Positions 1 to 12,489 of a DNA stretch of 27,462 bases are shown here, one piece after another (the stretch's first letter is position 1; every line of letters starts with the position of its first letter). The position numbers and the translations under genes are program-made. The notes beneath the pieces are model-generated. The model was not told where the DNA came from. It made no database searches and saw nothing but the letters and a program-made list of their open reading frames with translations. Source of the stretch: an uncultured bacterium (GTDB taxonomy: Bacteria > Hydrogenedentota > Hydrogenedentia > Hydrogenedentales > JAEUWI01); the NCBI GenBank assembly GCA_963977445.1, contig CAXBPH010000077.1, positions 1 through 27,462 of the forward strand. The letters are read 5' to 3'.

Positions 1-1461
1 AGTTGGGAGGAGGTGGTCGCCAATAGTGACTTCGTGGGCGTCATCGAGTGCCTTCACGCCGGTGCTCAGGTTTCTGAATTCGTCGTTGTCTCCTCCTGGA
101 AAGGCACCATCGCAGAACCGAGCCTCCGACTACAGTGGCCCAGCCGGGTGGGTGATCGCTTTCTGGCCTGCCTTCTCCCCCGTCCTCCTGGGGGAACCCC
201 TTCCCTGGACAATCTAAACTTCCTCTTGCAACCCATCGGCGGTATGGAGGGACGCTTGGGACTCTGGCCGGAAGAGGCACCAAATTATCGACAGGCGGAT
301 CCCATCGGGTGGAGCATCTTCCCCTTGGAGCCGGAGACGGCAGGCGAGGCGGGCAGCACCACGCGCTACAGCCCCGGCACCGAAACAAGTTTTGAGACAA
401 TGAAAAGTCGCACCCAGGCCGTCGTTGAATCGTCTGGGGGAGCGCGGGATGCACTCTTGATAGCAAGTGCATTACGCTATCTTCTGGAGGATCACGCCCC
501 ATCTGATTTGGCATTTCAGGCATCGGGGCCGAACCCGACACATCGCGACGCAGGCAACCTGGATGACCTTCTGGCCGTGGTGCTTGACCCCGACACGGGA
601 ATCGACCGGCAGCGGATCGCTTGGGCACTCGGCCGCGCGGGCCGTGAAGAAACTTTGGCACGGCTGGAGGACTGGACCTATGAGCGCGAGGAAAATAAAA
701 CGTGGCTCGCGCATATCATCATAAAACTCCGGCACTATGAATCTGCCCGAAATACGAAGCAAGTTCCTTGGAAGCCGCAGCCCATGCGGGACGATATGAG
801 CACCCGGGAGGCCAAGGGCGCACTGAAGATAGCCCAAAAAAAACAAAAAGACTTCTCTCAGGATCTTTTTGAGCCCTGGTGCGAAGCTTTTGAGGTGATG
901 ACTACCAGAAAGCCCCATTACGTGGCGAAGTATTTGCGTAACTTCGACCCGTCCGTGTTTTACGATGAAATGGCCGGTCAGAATCTTGCCGTCTGGTATG
1001 CCACACGCGTCCGCGAAGATCGAAGTCGCTGTTTTCAGACCCTGGCCACCGCCGAACACCCCGGCATTGCGCTGGCAGGTGCCGCCTTCCTGCTCCACGA
1101 GGACCCTGAGCGGGGCACCCATGCCCTCGAAGCCTTTGTGAAAAAGGACGGCCCCCTTCGCATACAGGCCGCTCAGCTGCTCGTCGCCCACGGTAACAAA
1201 GATTTTGTAAGCGTGATGCTTGAATACCGCCATACAACGACCGGACCACAACGCACCTGGGGAATGCGACAGGCGGCCATGGCTACCCTGTCCAACGCGG
1301 CGCACAACGCCAACGTGCCTCAGCCAGGAGAGCCCCATTGGGCAAACCGCAGCGAAGAAACCGAAACCCCCATGATCTCCTCCTGGTGGCAGACCTATGG
1401 GCCGACGCTCACGCTCGATCCGCTCCCCGTCCATTGGCCACCCACACCGCCCACGGAATGA
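1..1461 (+). CDS. Hypothetical protein, probably 5'-truncated, possibly with HEAT/ARM-like helical repeats
   Basis: Frame 1 is open from base 1 to TGA at 1459-1461 (ORF track 13..1461). Segments such as 'RQRIAWALGRAG' and 'LRIQAAQLLV' resemble HEAT repeats. No family recognised. Confidence 0.6.
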   Translation, partial: SWEEVVANSDFVGVIECLHAGAQVSEFVVVSSWKGTIAEPSLRLQWPSRVGDRFLACLLPRPPGGTPSLDNLNFLLQPIGGMEGRLGLWPEEAPNYRQADPIGWSIFPLEPETAGEAGSTTRYSPGTETSFETMKSRTQAVVESSGGARDALLIASALRYLLEDHAPSDLAFQASGPNPTHRDAGNLDDLLAVVLDPDTGIDRQRIAWALGRAGREETLARLEDWTYEREENKTWLAHIIIKLRHYESARNTKQVPWKPQPMRDDMSTREAKGALKIAQKKQKDFSQDLFEPWCEAFEVMTTRKPHYVAKYLRNFDPSVFYDEMAGQNLAVWYATRVREDRSRCFQTLATAEHPGIALAGAAFLLHEDPERGTHALEAFVKKDGPLRIQAAQLLVAHGNKDFVSVMLEYRHTTTGPQRTWGMRQAAMATLSNAAHNANVPQPGEPHWANRSEETETPMISSWWQTYGPTLTLDPLPVHWPPTPPTE

Positions 1462-1503
1462 GCACTGCATCGGCCAGATTGCTCGGCCGCGCCTCGCGCT
1501 ACC

Positions 1504-2766
1504 CTACGACTTAGCGATGCAATACAGGTGCGTGTTCCCCTTCAGGTACAGGGTATCCCCCACCACCACCGGTGACGCATCAAAGCCGTCGTCCAGTTTG
1601 TTGGTCGCCACGACCTTGGGGCTATCGCTATCGGTCAACACCGCTACCATGCCGTCCCGATCGGCCACATAGACGTACCCACCCGCACCGACAGGCGAAG
1701 CATAGACCCGTCCGAGATCTTCGAGTGAAATCTTCGAGAAGAGAAGTTCACCGCTCTTTGCATTAACGCAGGAAAGTTTCGGATTCATGCCTTCGAGGTA
1801 GTAAAGTCGCTCGCCATAGAGGAGGGGTGACGGGACATAGGGCGTGTTCTCTGCAATGTTCCACGCCGGAGACCCCGTGACGTCGCCTTTGCTCTTGAGG
1901 TCGATGGCCGTCAGGGCCGCTCCACGAAATCCACTCGTACAGTAGGCCATTCCGAATCCCGAAACAGGGGTAGGAATTACATTCGTCGTCATCCCCCCAC
2001 ACTCCCAGATGAGATCGCCCGTAGCCGCGCTATAGCTGCGAATACGATTGGTCGCATTGACGATCACCTGCGTCACCCCGTCCATCGTCACGGCATAGGG
2101 CGACGACCAGGAGGTGACTTCCTCCCGATCTTTTTCCCAGAGCAACGTGCCCGTCTTCTTGTCATAGGCACCAATGCGCGATGGACCCTCATGGTCCTGC
2201 ACGACGACGATGGCATCCCCCGCGATGACGGGCGAGCTTCCCTCACCAAATCCCCGTCGGGTAGACATCTTCATCAGGGGCGTGCTCCACTGGTGATTGC
2301 CGTCGAGATCGTAGCAATGCAATCCACGGGATCCGAAACCGGCCCAGACGTAGGTGCCATCCGTTATGGCGGAATAGGGCGCAAAACTCCCCGTGGGGTG
2401 GTGCCCTTCCTGGGGCTTTTCCCGGGCGGCGGTCTTGCGCCACAGGGTGGACCCATCATTCCGATTCAGGCAGACCACATCAAAGGTATATTCCCCGTCG
2501 CCATCGGTCGGGGAAGCCGCGAGGATGAACATTTTCTCCCCCCAGATTACGGGGGTCGACTGTCCGCTGCCCGCCAAAGGCACCTTCCACTTGATGTTGC
2601 TGGTCTCACTCCATTCCGTGGGGGGATTACCCTCCGGTGCGACGCCGTTATTGTCGGGACCACGCCACGCGGGCCAGTTAGGAGCCGCCTCAGCCGACGG
2701 AAGCACCAGGAGGGTCGCAATCAGTGTGAGCAACCCAAGCGTAATCCGGGAACGACGTGTTCTCAT
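1504..2766 (-). CDS. Secreted PQQ-like/BamB-type beta-propeller repeat protein
   Basis: Signal peptide followed by 'NWPAWRGP..NG', repeated 'G..LW' blades, 'SSPVIAGD' and a C-terminal 'ASPVVVGDTLYLKG..HLYCI'. Confidence 0.88.
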   Translation of the reverse strand: MRTRRSRITLGLLTLIATLLVLPSAEAAPNWPAWRGPDNNGVAPEGNPPTEWSETSNIKWKVPLAGSGQSTPVIWGEKMFILAASPTDGDGEYTFDVVCLNRNDGSTLWRKTAAREKPQEGHHPTGSFAPYSAITDGTYVWAGFGSRGLHCYDLDGNHQWSTPLMKMSTRRGFGEGSSPVIAGDAIVVVQDHEGPSRIGAYDKKTGTLLWEKDREEVTSWSSPYAVTMDGVTQVIVNATNRIRSYSAATGDLIWECGGMTTNVIPTPVSGFGMAYCTSGFRGAALTAIDLKSKGDVTGSPAWNIAENTPYVPSPLLYGERLYYLEGMNPKLSCVNAKSGELLFSKISLEDLGRVYASPVGAGGYVYVADRDGMVAVLTDSDSPKVVATNKLDDGFDASPVVVGDTLYLKGNTHLYCIAKS

Positions 2767-2912
2767 GTATAAATCCTTTTCAAGATGGTGGCGGTGGTCA
2801 AAACAGCGAGACGGGGCACCCCCTGATACCTGAATACCCTATCCATGCATTCATAGAACGCCCGGAATCAAGGTCAAGCTGTGGACCTTCGGAAACCCCA
2901 CCCCGCCAACAC

Positions 2913-2950
2913 AAAAAAACCACCAGACCTCAAAAGAGAGATCTGGTGGT
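2913..2950 (-). terminator. Intrinsic terminator of groEL
   Basis: Minus strand reads ACCACCAGATCTC-tctttt-GAGGTCTGGTGGT followed by a T run, about 40 bp after the groEL stop. Confidence 0.85.
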
Positions 2951-2987
2951 AAAACTAACTAATTTGGGCAGATGTTAAGCCAGTGGC

Positions 2988-4770
<1,783 letters not shown>

Positions 4771-4779
4771 CAAGAGCGA

Positions 4780-4808
4780 ATACTAGCATATCGGTAAGGG
4801 AGTGTCAA
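4780..4808 (-). promoter_or_regulatory. Sigma70-type groEL promoter
   Basis: Minus strand TTGACA (4808-4803), 17 bp spacer, TAGTAT (4785-4780) preceded by TGn (extended -10), just upstream of CIRCE. Confidence 0.85.
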
Positions 4809-4903
4809 GCAGAACGCCCATCCCTTTTGAAGGGGTACGGGTAAAAACCTTCCGCATGCCCACCCCAAATGCTCCGGAGCGATCCCCGCTACGCCAATAC
4901 CTG

Positions 4904-5596
4904 TCAAATCTCCGTGGGCAGCGTCAACCAGGCGTGCTCACTGAGGGGAGCCCGTAAACCGACCGTAAGCCGGGCCAGGAAGGCCTCCCGTCGAATTTCG
5001 CGGGCACCGAGGCTTTGTAAGTGGGGATTGGCCACCTGACAATCGATCAGGGGGATGCCCCAGGCCGAGGCCGCGCGCACCAGGGTGTAGGCCGCGACTT
5101 TGGAGGCATTGGGCTGGTGGGAAAACATGGACTCGCCAAAGAAACATCCCCCCAGGGCGATTCCATAGAGTCCGCCGACCAGGGTTTCCCCCGACCAGCA
5201 CTCGATGGACATGGCGTAGCCCGCCTCGTGGAGGTCAATGTAGGCGGCCTCCATTTCCGACGTAATCCAGGTGCCATCCTGCCCGGGACGGGGTGTTTCG
5301 CCGCAGGCGTGGATTACCTGAGCAAAGGCCTGGTTTAACGTGACCCGAAAGGTGCCCTTCTTGACGACCCGCAGCAGGCTCCGCGAACAATGAAACTCCT
5401 CTGGAATTAAGACCATTCGGGGGTCTGGAGACCACCAGAGCAAGGGTTCCCCGTCGGAATACCAGGGAAAAATGCCGGAGCGGTAGGCGAGTAGCAGCCG
5501 TTTCCGACTTAAATTACCCCCGACGGCCAGCAATCCGTCCTCGGCAAGGTGAACGGGCGGAAAAATCAATTCTTCAGTAAGTCGATAAATAGGCAT
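4904..5596 (-). CDS. aat: Leucyl/phenylalanyl-tRNA--protein transferase
   Basis: 'GLLAVGG.L....LLLAY..GIFPW', 'WWSPDPR', 'LVGGLYG', 'FFGESMF', 'ASKVA', 'LIDCQ..N.HL..LGA'. Confidence 0.96.
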   Translation of the reverse strand: MPIYRLTEELIFPPVHLAEDGLLAVGGNLSRKRLLLAYRSGIFPWYSDGEPLLWWSPDPRMVLIPEEFHCSRSLLRVVKKGTFRVTLNQAFAQVIHACGETPRPGQDGTWITSEMEAAYIDLHEAGYAMSIECWSGETLVGGLYGIALGGCFFGESMFSHQPNASKVAAYTLVRAASAWGIPLIDCQVANPHLQSLGAREIRREAFLARLTVGLRAPLSEHAWLTLPTEI

Positions 5597-5661
5597 GGAT
5601 TCGGAGTCAGACTCCTGGTATGGTGCCGATTGGCCGTTGCAACGAAAAAGAAAACACGCCC

Positions 5662-6906
5662 CTACGGATGAAACTCGCCCCGGGCGTGGGCTTCCAGAAT
5701 ATCGGCGGCACGGGCCGCCCCTCCATCGATCCGGACTTCTTCCTGGAATCGGCGGGCATTTTCACCATAGCTTGGATCGGTCAACAGGGTATCAATCGCC
5801 GCAAGCAATTGTTTACCCGTCATGGAGCGGGGAGCGCCCTTGATGCCAAACTTGTGATCCATCATGTACTGGGTGCACAACTGTTGTTCCAGGTGGCCCG
5901 GCAACGCGATCATGGGCTTACCCGCCGCAAGGGACTGATACATACTGCCATTGCCGCCGTGAAAAATTACCGCCGCGCAGTGCTCCATGATTGCCAGACC
6001 GGGCGCGTAGGTGGCAAAGCGAAAATTATCCGGTGCCAGGGCCATGCCTTCTTCCGAAACCTGCCCCGCAGTCGTCACGACAAATCGGTAGTCGCTCTTT
6101 CCCAGCGCGTCGTAGCAGCGACGCAGCAGGGGCTCCAGGAGTCCCGTGGAACCCATGGTGATGTAGATATTGGTGCGACCGTCCTGCAATTCATCAAACC
6201 AATCGGGCAATTCTGAGGGCGGCTCATAGAGGATCGGGCCAATCGATTGCCAGAGCGGAAAACTATCATGGGATTTGTGAAAAGCGGGCAGATCAGGCGA
6301 CAGCAGGGGCGTCTGCCGAAGGAGGCGAATCCCATTTACAGGCTTCACGCCAAACTTACGGTAGACCCGGCGTCGAAAACGACCAAAGTGCAACCACTCA
6401 CCACCGTGAATAAGAAAGTTGAAGAAACTCCACGGACGGACAAAGTAGCTGTTGTACGCATTCAAGACGCCGGCCGCGGGAATAGAAAGAATGTGGCCCG
6501 CAGGAGAAACACCCACGCTGGCATCGCCCAGAATCAGGTCGGGCTTCTCTTCCTGGCACACCCGAATAATATCTTCGAGAATTTCATCCAGCGGTGCCCA
6601 TTTGCGACAATGGATGATGTCCCAGAGGGCAATCAGGATACCGTGGTCGTGAAAGCGATCCCACGCGTAGGGCTGATAAGGTTCCTTCACTTCAAGCACC
6701 CGAAAGCCCTGAACTTCGGCCTGATTCAGCTTGGAACGGGGATCCTTGGTGCTGACGCCACCGAATACAACCTCGTGACCCCGTTCACGGAGTACCCGGG
6801 CGATTTCGACGCAGCGCCCCACATGGGCCAGGCCAAAGCCCTGGGGAAACATGAGGACCTTCAACTTCTTCGTCGATCCCGTCGATGTGCGCTCGTCGAC
6901 GTTCAT
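5662..6906 (-). CDS. Family 1 (MGT/UDP-) glycosyltransferase
   Basis: N-terminal 'GLAHVGR..EIAR.LR.RGHEV', 'IYITMGS' and a donor-binding 'VIFHGGNGSMYQSLAAGKPMIALP..LEQ'. Confidence 0.88.
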   Translation of the reverse strand: MNVDERTSTGSTKKLKVLMFPQGFGLAHVGRCVEIARVLRERGHEVVFGGVSTKDPRSKLNQAEVQGFRVLEVKEPYQPYAWDRFHDHGILIALWDIIHCRKWAPLDEILEDIIRVCQEEKPDLILGDASVGVSPAGHILSIPAAGVLNAYNSYFVRPWSFFNFLIHGGEWLHFGRFRRRVYRKFGVKPVNGIRLLRQTPLLSPDLPAFHKSHDSFPLWQSIGPILYEPPSELPDWFDELQDGRTNIYITMGSTGLLEPLLRRCYDALGKSDYRFVVTTAGQVSEEGMALAPDNFRFATYAPGLAIMEHCAAVIFHGGNGSMYQSLAAGKPMIALPGHLEQQLCTQYMMDHKFGIKGAPRSMTGKQLLAAIDTLLTDPSYGENARRFQEEVRIDGGAARAADILEAHARGEFHP

Positions 6907-7832
6907 TCCTCGCTCCCATTCGGAGCGGGCGGCACCACTTCCTTCGATCCACGCCAGGCAGTCAATCCCGCGTCAATTTCTGCGAGAATCGTTTTGCCGA
7001 GCATCCCTTTCTTCTTCAGATCTGCCGCGCAATTGTGACGACTCGAATCGATGGGCCTCAGATGAATCGTCGGTATGTCCTTGTGGTACATCGCCTGCGC
7101 CTGATCCTGCAGGCACCGCTCTCCGTAAAAAATGGTCGCCCGGGGGGGCACCGGTTTTACGTCGAGATAGCATTGGGTAATATCGGGCATATTGTCTTTG
7201 CCGTGGACCCGATAGATTTTCCAGATGACCAGGTGGGCCGCCAGAATGATAAGAACCACTTCCGCATAGGCCATGGGTTCGGTGAACAGCTTCTTCAGGT
7301 TGAAATAGGACTTGACCTGATTTACCGGGTCAATATAGAGCTTGGGCGGAAATACCGGTGCAAAGGTGATTATCTGGTCAATCCGCGCGAAGGAGCTCAC
7401 ATAAAAGGCGCCTGCCCCACCCGCCGAGGCACCCAGGGCCACATTATATTTCGAACCCAACTTCTCAAGGGTCTCATTCACCAGGGGCATATAGAAATCG
7501 ATGCCTCCCGGACCACCCTGCGGATGTTCGAAATAGGCCGAACGGCGGGGATCACGGACGAAGACGAGGTTGTAATTATTATCATTTTCTTTGAGCATCT
7601 GACGAAACTCAAACTGGGGAAGGCCCGCAAACAACACCGCCGCCCCGGCGAAGGAAACGATGGTCACGTCGGATCCATTGTCTTCCACCTGAATAAAGGG
7701 GCTCCGATCAAAGTCACCGGCACTGCCATCGGGGCTGCGAAAATTGAAAGAACCCTCTTCTGCCATGCTCTTGGCCAGGCCAGGCATGAAAATTCGGCTT
7801 ACCAGTTTGAGAATAAAATCACGAATCGCCAT
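6903..7832 (-). CDS. Putative alpha/beta-hydrolase-fold protein
   Basis: 'IVSFAG', nucleophile elbow 'LGASAGG' and a C-terminal His ('SRHN'). The stop overlaps the glycosyltransferase start (ATGA). Confidence 0.65.
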   Translation of the reverse strand: MAIRDFILKLVSRIFMPGLAKSMAEEGSFNFRSPDGSAGDFDRSPFIQVEDNGSDVTIVSFAGAAVLFAGLPQFEFRQMLKENDNNYNLVFVRDPRRSAYFEHPQGGPGGIDFYMPLVNETLEKLGSKYNVALGASAGGAGAFYVSSFARIDQIITFAPVFPPKLYIDPVNQVKSYFNLKKLFTEPMAYAEVVLIILAAHLVIWKIYRVHGKDNMPDITQCYLDVKPVPPRATIFYGERCLQDQAQAMYHKDIPTIHLRPIDSSRHNCAADLKKKGMLGKTILAEIDAGLTAWRGSKEVVPPAPNGSEE

Positions 7833-8109
7833 GGATAACTAAAACCGCCGGGTAGTCAATTGAAACAGGGAGGGGTACGTTCTAGTATACCTAAGTCGCT
7901 CAACGGGGTTACAGCAGGTATATTTCCCCTTTTCTATCCCGCCGGAGATTGTGAGCTCGTGCCGGCCCTGAATGAATAAAGGTTCGTGGGCAATTAATGG
8001 GTGCCAACAACAACTCACTCCGCCAAAACAAACTGAACCCATCGCGTCATCCTTTTACCGCCGGCACGTGATGCATCAAATAAATCATCCCCACTAATTG
8101 CCCTGAATC

Positions 8110-8148
8110 AAAAAAGAGACGGCGTCGACCCGAGAGCCAACGCCGTCT
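8110..8148 (-). terminator. Intrinsic terminator of the M16 peptidase gene
   Basis: Minus strand reads AGACGGCGTTGGCTCTCGGGTCGACGCCGTCT-CTTTTTT. Confidence 0.8.
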
Positions 8149-8173
8149 ATTTCATTCTACGTAGACGCCTTAG

Positions 8174-11089
8174 CTACTCCGAAAAGATTTCCTCCAGGGT
8201 CACCGTGCGGATTGGCGCAATTGTTTCCAAGGCACTCAGGTCAATCTTGGACGCGTCGCCCACGATGGAAATCAATTTTGGCCGATCTTTGATGACCGAA
8301 TTATGAAAAGCGAGCACGTTGGTCAAATCACTCGCTTTGATTGCCTCAAATTGGTTCTTCCGCGGATCGCCCGCCAGACCCAGCTCTTCCCATCCACGGA
8401 CCGCCCCGATGACGCCCCGGAATCCGATTTTACCGGTACGATAGCGGTTTATCAGAGACTCACGGGTAATAGCAAAGCGCTCATCAGACTCCGGCAGATT
8501 GTCCATCAGGTCAATGAAGGCCTTCGTGGCCTCTACGGTTTTGTCGGCCTGACTACCGATAACACCGACCATAATGTTTTCATCGTCGAGCTCGCCGCCT
8601 TCGATGTAGCGTGCCCCGGCGGTGTAGGCCAGCGCGCGGGCTTCCCGCAGCTCCTGGAAGACGATGCCCGCCATGCCACCGGCAAAGTAATTGTTATAGA
8701 GCTCGATGGTTGGCTCAAGACCGGCATCGTAATACCCACTGCCAAATTCAAGGCGAATCTGGGCCTGGGCCGCTTCTTTGTTGTGAAAGAGGATTTCTGT
8801 TTTTTCCGGCGCACGAACAATCCGCTTGGCGACTTCCGGGGCCTCCTTAACGGTCCCGCGCTCGCCATAGAAGGTCTTTATCGCTGCCACCACGTCTTCC
8901 AGAGGCAGGGTGCCGACGTAGGCAATATCTTGCTTATAGTCCAGTAATTCCTGGGCTTCGGCATAGAGTGCATCGGCCGCAGCCCCTTCAATCTCCTCCG
9001 TGGTCATTCGGGTGAGAAAGTCGGATTCCGCGCCGTAGCGATTAAACTGAACTACCGCTTGTGAGATGCTTTCTACTTCTTTCTGGGCATCCTCACGGGC
9101 GACCAGAATGATTTTCTTCAATTGCTCCAGGGTTTCGGGCGGTGCCTGGGGCGTGTGAATCGCTGCGTGGAGCAATTCCATGGAAGCGGTGAAATTCTCG
9201 TCCAATCCCGAGATGGAAATACTCGCCTCCTCGTCGCCCGCACCGAAGCCCATGTCGGTGCCAAGCTTATACCACTCCTGCTGGAGCGCTTCGGGACTCA
9301 AGGTATCGGTACCCGACTTGGTATACAGGGAAGCTGCCAGATTCAGGGTCTTCTCGTGCTGGGTGCCCACGGGTGCCGAGATGGAAAAGCTGAACAAGTC
9401 ATTCAGGGGATTTTTCACGTAATAGAGGCGTATCCCCTCCATGGGCGTGACGATTTGCAGGTCCTTGTCCCGGTCGACGAAGGTCGGCTCGATGGGCGTC
9501 ACGGGCATGGCCAGAAGCGCTTTACCGAATTCAGATTCCCGCTGGGGGTCGATATCGATGGCCGCCAATTCGGGCTTCTCAATATCGGGCACACTATGGG
9601 GCGCATCTTTGCGAAGTCCGGCGACGTAGTTGGACCCGAAGTATTTGTTCGCCACCCGGACGATGTCTTCCTTCGTCAGTTTCTCCATGCGCTCGAAGCG
9701 GGCCACATGGTGATCCCACGACTGGAAGGTGAGCCAGGATTCGCGCATGTCGGATACACGGGCCGGGTCGGATTCAAGACTTCCCTTGGTGTTTTTCTTG
9801 AAATCATTGATGATGGCGGGAATCAGCCAGTCGCCGAAAGCCCCATTCTTCACCAGGTCGAGCTGTTCCAGCAACAGGGCTTCCACTTCTTCCAGGGTCT
9901 GCCCTTCTTTGGGAACGCCCCAGAGATACTGAGCACCATAGTCGAGGAGCAACATGGGATTGGAGCCCGCCTGACGGACCCGCTGCTGCTGATTGAGATT
10001 CAGATTAATCAGGCCCGCATTGGAGTTGTCGAGAATCATATCGATGAGCGTAAGGGCCTCGGCATCCTCGCTGTCCAGGGGGGCCGTGCGAAAGGCGAGG
10101 AGCACCATTTCTTCGCCTTCATAGGTGCGCACCACTTCCTCACGACCGGCGAGAGCATCTTCTTCCCAGGATTTGGGCTCGGGGATATCCTTCCGCTCCC
10201 AACTGGAGAATTGGGCATCAATGGCCTGTATCGCGGCTTCCTTTTCGAAATCACCGGAAAGGAAAATGGCCATGTTGTTGGGCACATACCACGTGTAAAA
10301 GTATTCGCTAATATTTTTCAAGGACGGGTTCTTGAGGTGCTCCACCGTACCGATAGTCGGTTGGGTGCCGTAGGGGTGCTTTTTGAAGAGTTCCTCGTTC
10401 ACCGCATAACGGATGATGCGGTCTTTATTATCCAGGGCCCGGTTCATTTCTTCATAAACCGTTTCCAACTCGGTCTGGAAGAGGCGAAAGACCGGATGAG
10501 CGAATCGCTCTGCTTCAAGATGGGCCCATTGCTCCAGCCGATTGGCAGGCAGGCTCACCTTATATACCGTTTCTTCGTGCCAGGTGTGGGCATTTACCAT
10601 GGACCCGCCCATGGACTTGTAGAGCCGGTCCAACTCATTGGGTACCGCGTATTGGGCCGCAGCGACAGACGCCTCGTTGATGCGCGCGTAGATCGCCTTA
10701 CGTTTTTCTGGATCCGTTTCGTTGAAGTGCTCTTGATAGAGGGCTTCAATCTGGTCGATGTGGACCTTTTCCTTCTCGAAATCGAGGGTGCCGAATTTTG
10801 AGGAGCCCTTGAAGAGCAGGTGTTCCAGATAGTGGGCCAGCCCCGTCGACTCGGCCGGATCCTGCTTACTGCCTGCACGCACGGCTATCTCCGCATAGAA
10901 TCGCGGGGTCTCGTGGTTTTCTGTCAGATAGACCGTGAGCCCGTTTTCCAGCGTATAGATGGATACGGCCATTTCATCATCGGGATTGGGCGTGTTGACT
11001 TGTTCATAGGCCCCCTGCGCCGTCAGGCTCAACAAACAGGAACCGGAAAAGGCCGCAGCAAGACCAAGTCGTTTAAACAATCGTGTCAT
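8174..11089 (-). CDS. Secreted M16 (insulinase-family) zinc peptidase, 971 aa
   Basis: 'TGLAHYLEHLLFKGS' inverted zinc motif, 'NAHT', 'ELREARALAY'. A signal peptide follows the ATG at 11089 (MTRLFKR). Confidence 0.93.
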   Translation of the reverse strand: MTRLFKRLGLAAAFSGSCLLSLTAQGAYEQVNTPNPDDEMAVSIYTLENGLTVYLTENHETPRFYAEIAVRAGSKQDPAESTGLAHYLEHLLFKGSSKFGTLDFEKEKVHIDQIEALYQEHFNETDPEKRKAIYARINEASVAAAQYAVPNELDRLYKSMGGSMVNAHTWHEETVYKVSLPANRLEQWAHLEAERFAHPVFRLFQTELETVYEEMNRALDNKDRIIRYAVNEELFKKHPYGTQPTIGTVEHLKNPSLKNISEYFYTWYVPNNMAIFLSGDFEKEAAIQAIDAQFSSWERKDIPEPKSWEEDALAGREEVVRTYEGEEMVLLAFRTAPLDSEDAEALTLIDMILDNSNAGLINLNLNQQQRVRQAGSNPMLLLDYGAQYLWGVPKEGQTLEEVEALLLEQLDLVKNGAFGDWLIPAIINDFKKNTKGSLESDPARVSDMRESWLTFQSWDHHVARFERMEKLTKEDIVRVANKYFGSNYVAGLRKDAPHSVPDIEKPELAAIDIDPQRESEFGKALLAMPVTPIEPTFVDRDKDLQIVTPMEGIRLYYVKNPLNDLFSFSISAPVGTQHEKTLNLAASLYTKSGTDTLSPEALQQEWYKLGTDMGFGAGDEEASISISGLDENFTASMELLHAAIHTPQAPPETLEQLKKIILVAREDAQKEVESISQAVVQFNRYGAESDFLTRMTTEEIEGAAADALYAEAQELLDYKQDIAYVGTLPLEDVVAAIKTFYGERGTVKEAPEVAKRIVRAPEKTEILFHNKEAAQAQIRLEFGSGYYDAGLEPTIELYNNYFAGGMAGIVFQELREARALAYTAGARYIEGGELDDENIMVGVIGSQADKTVEATKAFIDLMDNLPESDERFAITRESLINRYRTGKIGFRGVIGAVRGWEELGLAGDPRKNQFEAIKASDLTNVLAFHNSVIKDRPKLISIVGDASKIDLSALETIAPIRTVTLEEIFSE

Positions 11090-11208
11090 GGAGTATTTCC
11101 TTGTGTTCAAGGGAAAGGGTGGTCGATTGTGAAGGGTTGCCCTGACTTTCAGGGCAACCAACCCATAGATTCCTCAACAGCACCCGATGGTGTAGCGCGC
11201 GGCCTCCA

Positions 11209-12489
11209 TCAGGAAAGCTGGGGCACGGCGAATCCCTGACGATATTCTTTTGTCAAGAGCGCGTTGGCCTCGGCATCACTCTTAATCATGTGATTTTCCG
11301 CGTCAAAATGGACCGTGCGCCCCGTGCGGAAGGAAATATCGCCCAAATGGCAAATGGCGGCCGCTTCCAGCCCCTGTTGGGCCGTCGACGTGATTCGGCT
11401 CGGGTCGTTACCAACCACGGCCTCTACAAAATTGTTGATATGGGTATTGGTGGCATTCACCCGCTCATAATCGGATTCGTCGGGAATTTCTTTGCCCGTC
11501 GTGTCGTAGAATTTCCCTTCGGCCATCCAGCCCTCGGAACCATAGAGGAACATGCCCACTTGGGTATTGTGCTCTTTCGGACTGAAACGTCCACGCACTT
11601 CATTAACCAGCATGGTGCCATCGGCGAAGGTGGCGGTAGAGACCTGGGTGTTGGGCGTCTCCGCACCGTCTTCGTAGCCAAAACGACCGCCGTCACTATG
11701 TACTTTCACGGGCAGGCCGCGATTTAGGGTCCAGTTGGCGATATCGGTGAAGTGAACCAGATTGTTGCCCACTTCGCCATTGCCATAGCGCCAGAACCAG
11801 TGCCAGTTGTAGTGCACGTAGTTGGGATTGAAGGCCTGCTCAACGGTCGGGCCCTGCCAGAGGGACCAATCCAGCCATTCGGGAGGCTCTACATCGGCCG
11901 CGATGGGAATCGCGTCCCGGCGGTTAAAGCACACACAACGGGCCAGGTAGACGTCACCGATAACACCACTGTTGCTTCGCTCCACCATGCGCTGCCACAT
12001 GGGCTCTGAACGACGCTGGGTGCCGTGCATCAGGATCTTGCCGTATTTCTTCTCGGCGGCAACCAACTGGAGACCTTCCCAGTAGGTGTGGCACATGGGC
12101 TTTTCCACATAAACGTGTTTGCCCGCTTCCAGACCCCAGATAGCCGCCAGCACGTGCCAGTGGTTGGGCATGGCGATGGTAATCGCGTCGATATCCGGAT
12201 CTGCCAATACGTCCCGAATGTCGCGGTATAGTTTGGGTTTCTTCCCGGTCTTTTCTTCCAGGGCGATCGCTTCCCGCTCCAAGACCTGGGCGTCCACGTC
12301 GCACAGCGCGACTACTTCGGCGTGTTCTGCCGCCAGGAGACCCGCAATGTGGGCGCGCCCCCGGTTCTGAACGCCGATGGTGGCGACACGTAATTTTTCA
12401 TTGGCACCCTGGGCGGATGCAGGGAGTATGGTCATGCCCGCAGCAACTGCGGTGCTTGCGGCCATAAATTCTCGTCGGGATAGGCTCAT
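11209..12489 (-). CDS. Tat-exported Gfo/Idh/MocA-family oxidoreductase
   Basis: 'SRREFM' twin-arginine signal, a Rossmann-like N-domain, 'PNHWH', 'GKHVYVEKP', 'HYNWHWF'. Confidence 0.92.
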   Translation of the reverse strand: MSLSRREFMAASTAVAAGMTILPASAQGANEKLRVATIGVQNRGRAHIAGLLAAEHAEVVALCDVDAQVLEREAIALEEKTGKKPKLYRDIRDVLADPDIDAITIAMPNHWHVLAAIWGLEAGKHVYVEKPMCHTYWEGLQLVAAEKKYGKILMHGTQRRSEPMWQRMVERSNSGVIGDVYLARCVCFNRRDAIPIAADVEPPEWLDWSLWQGPTVEQAFNPNYVHYNWHWFWRYGNGEVGNNLVHFTDIANWTLNRGLPVKVHSDGGRFGYEDGAETPNTQVSTATFADGTMLVNEVRGRFSPKEHNTQVGMFLYGSEGWMAEGKFYDTTGKEIPDESDYERVNATNTHINNFVEAVVGNDPSRITSTAQQGLEAAAICHLGDISFRTGRTVHFDAENHMIKSDAEANALLTKEYRQGFAVPQLS

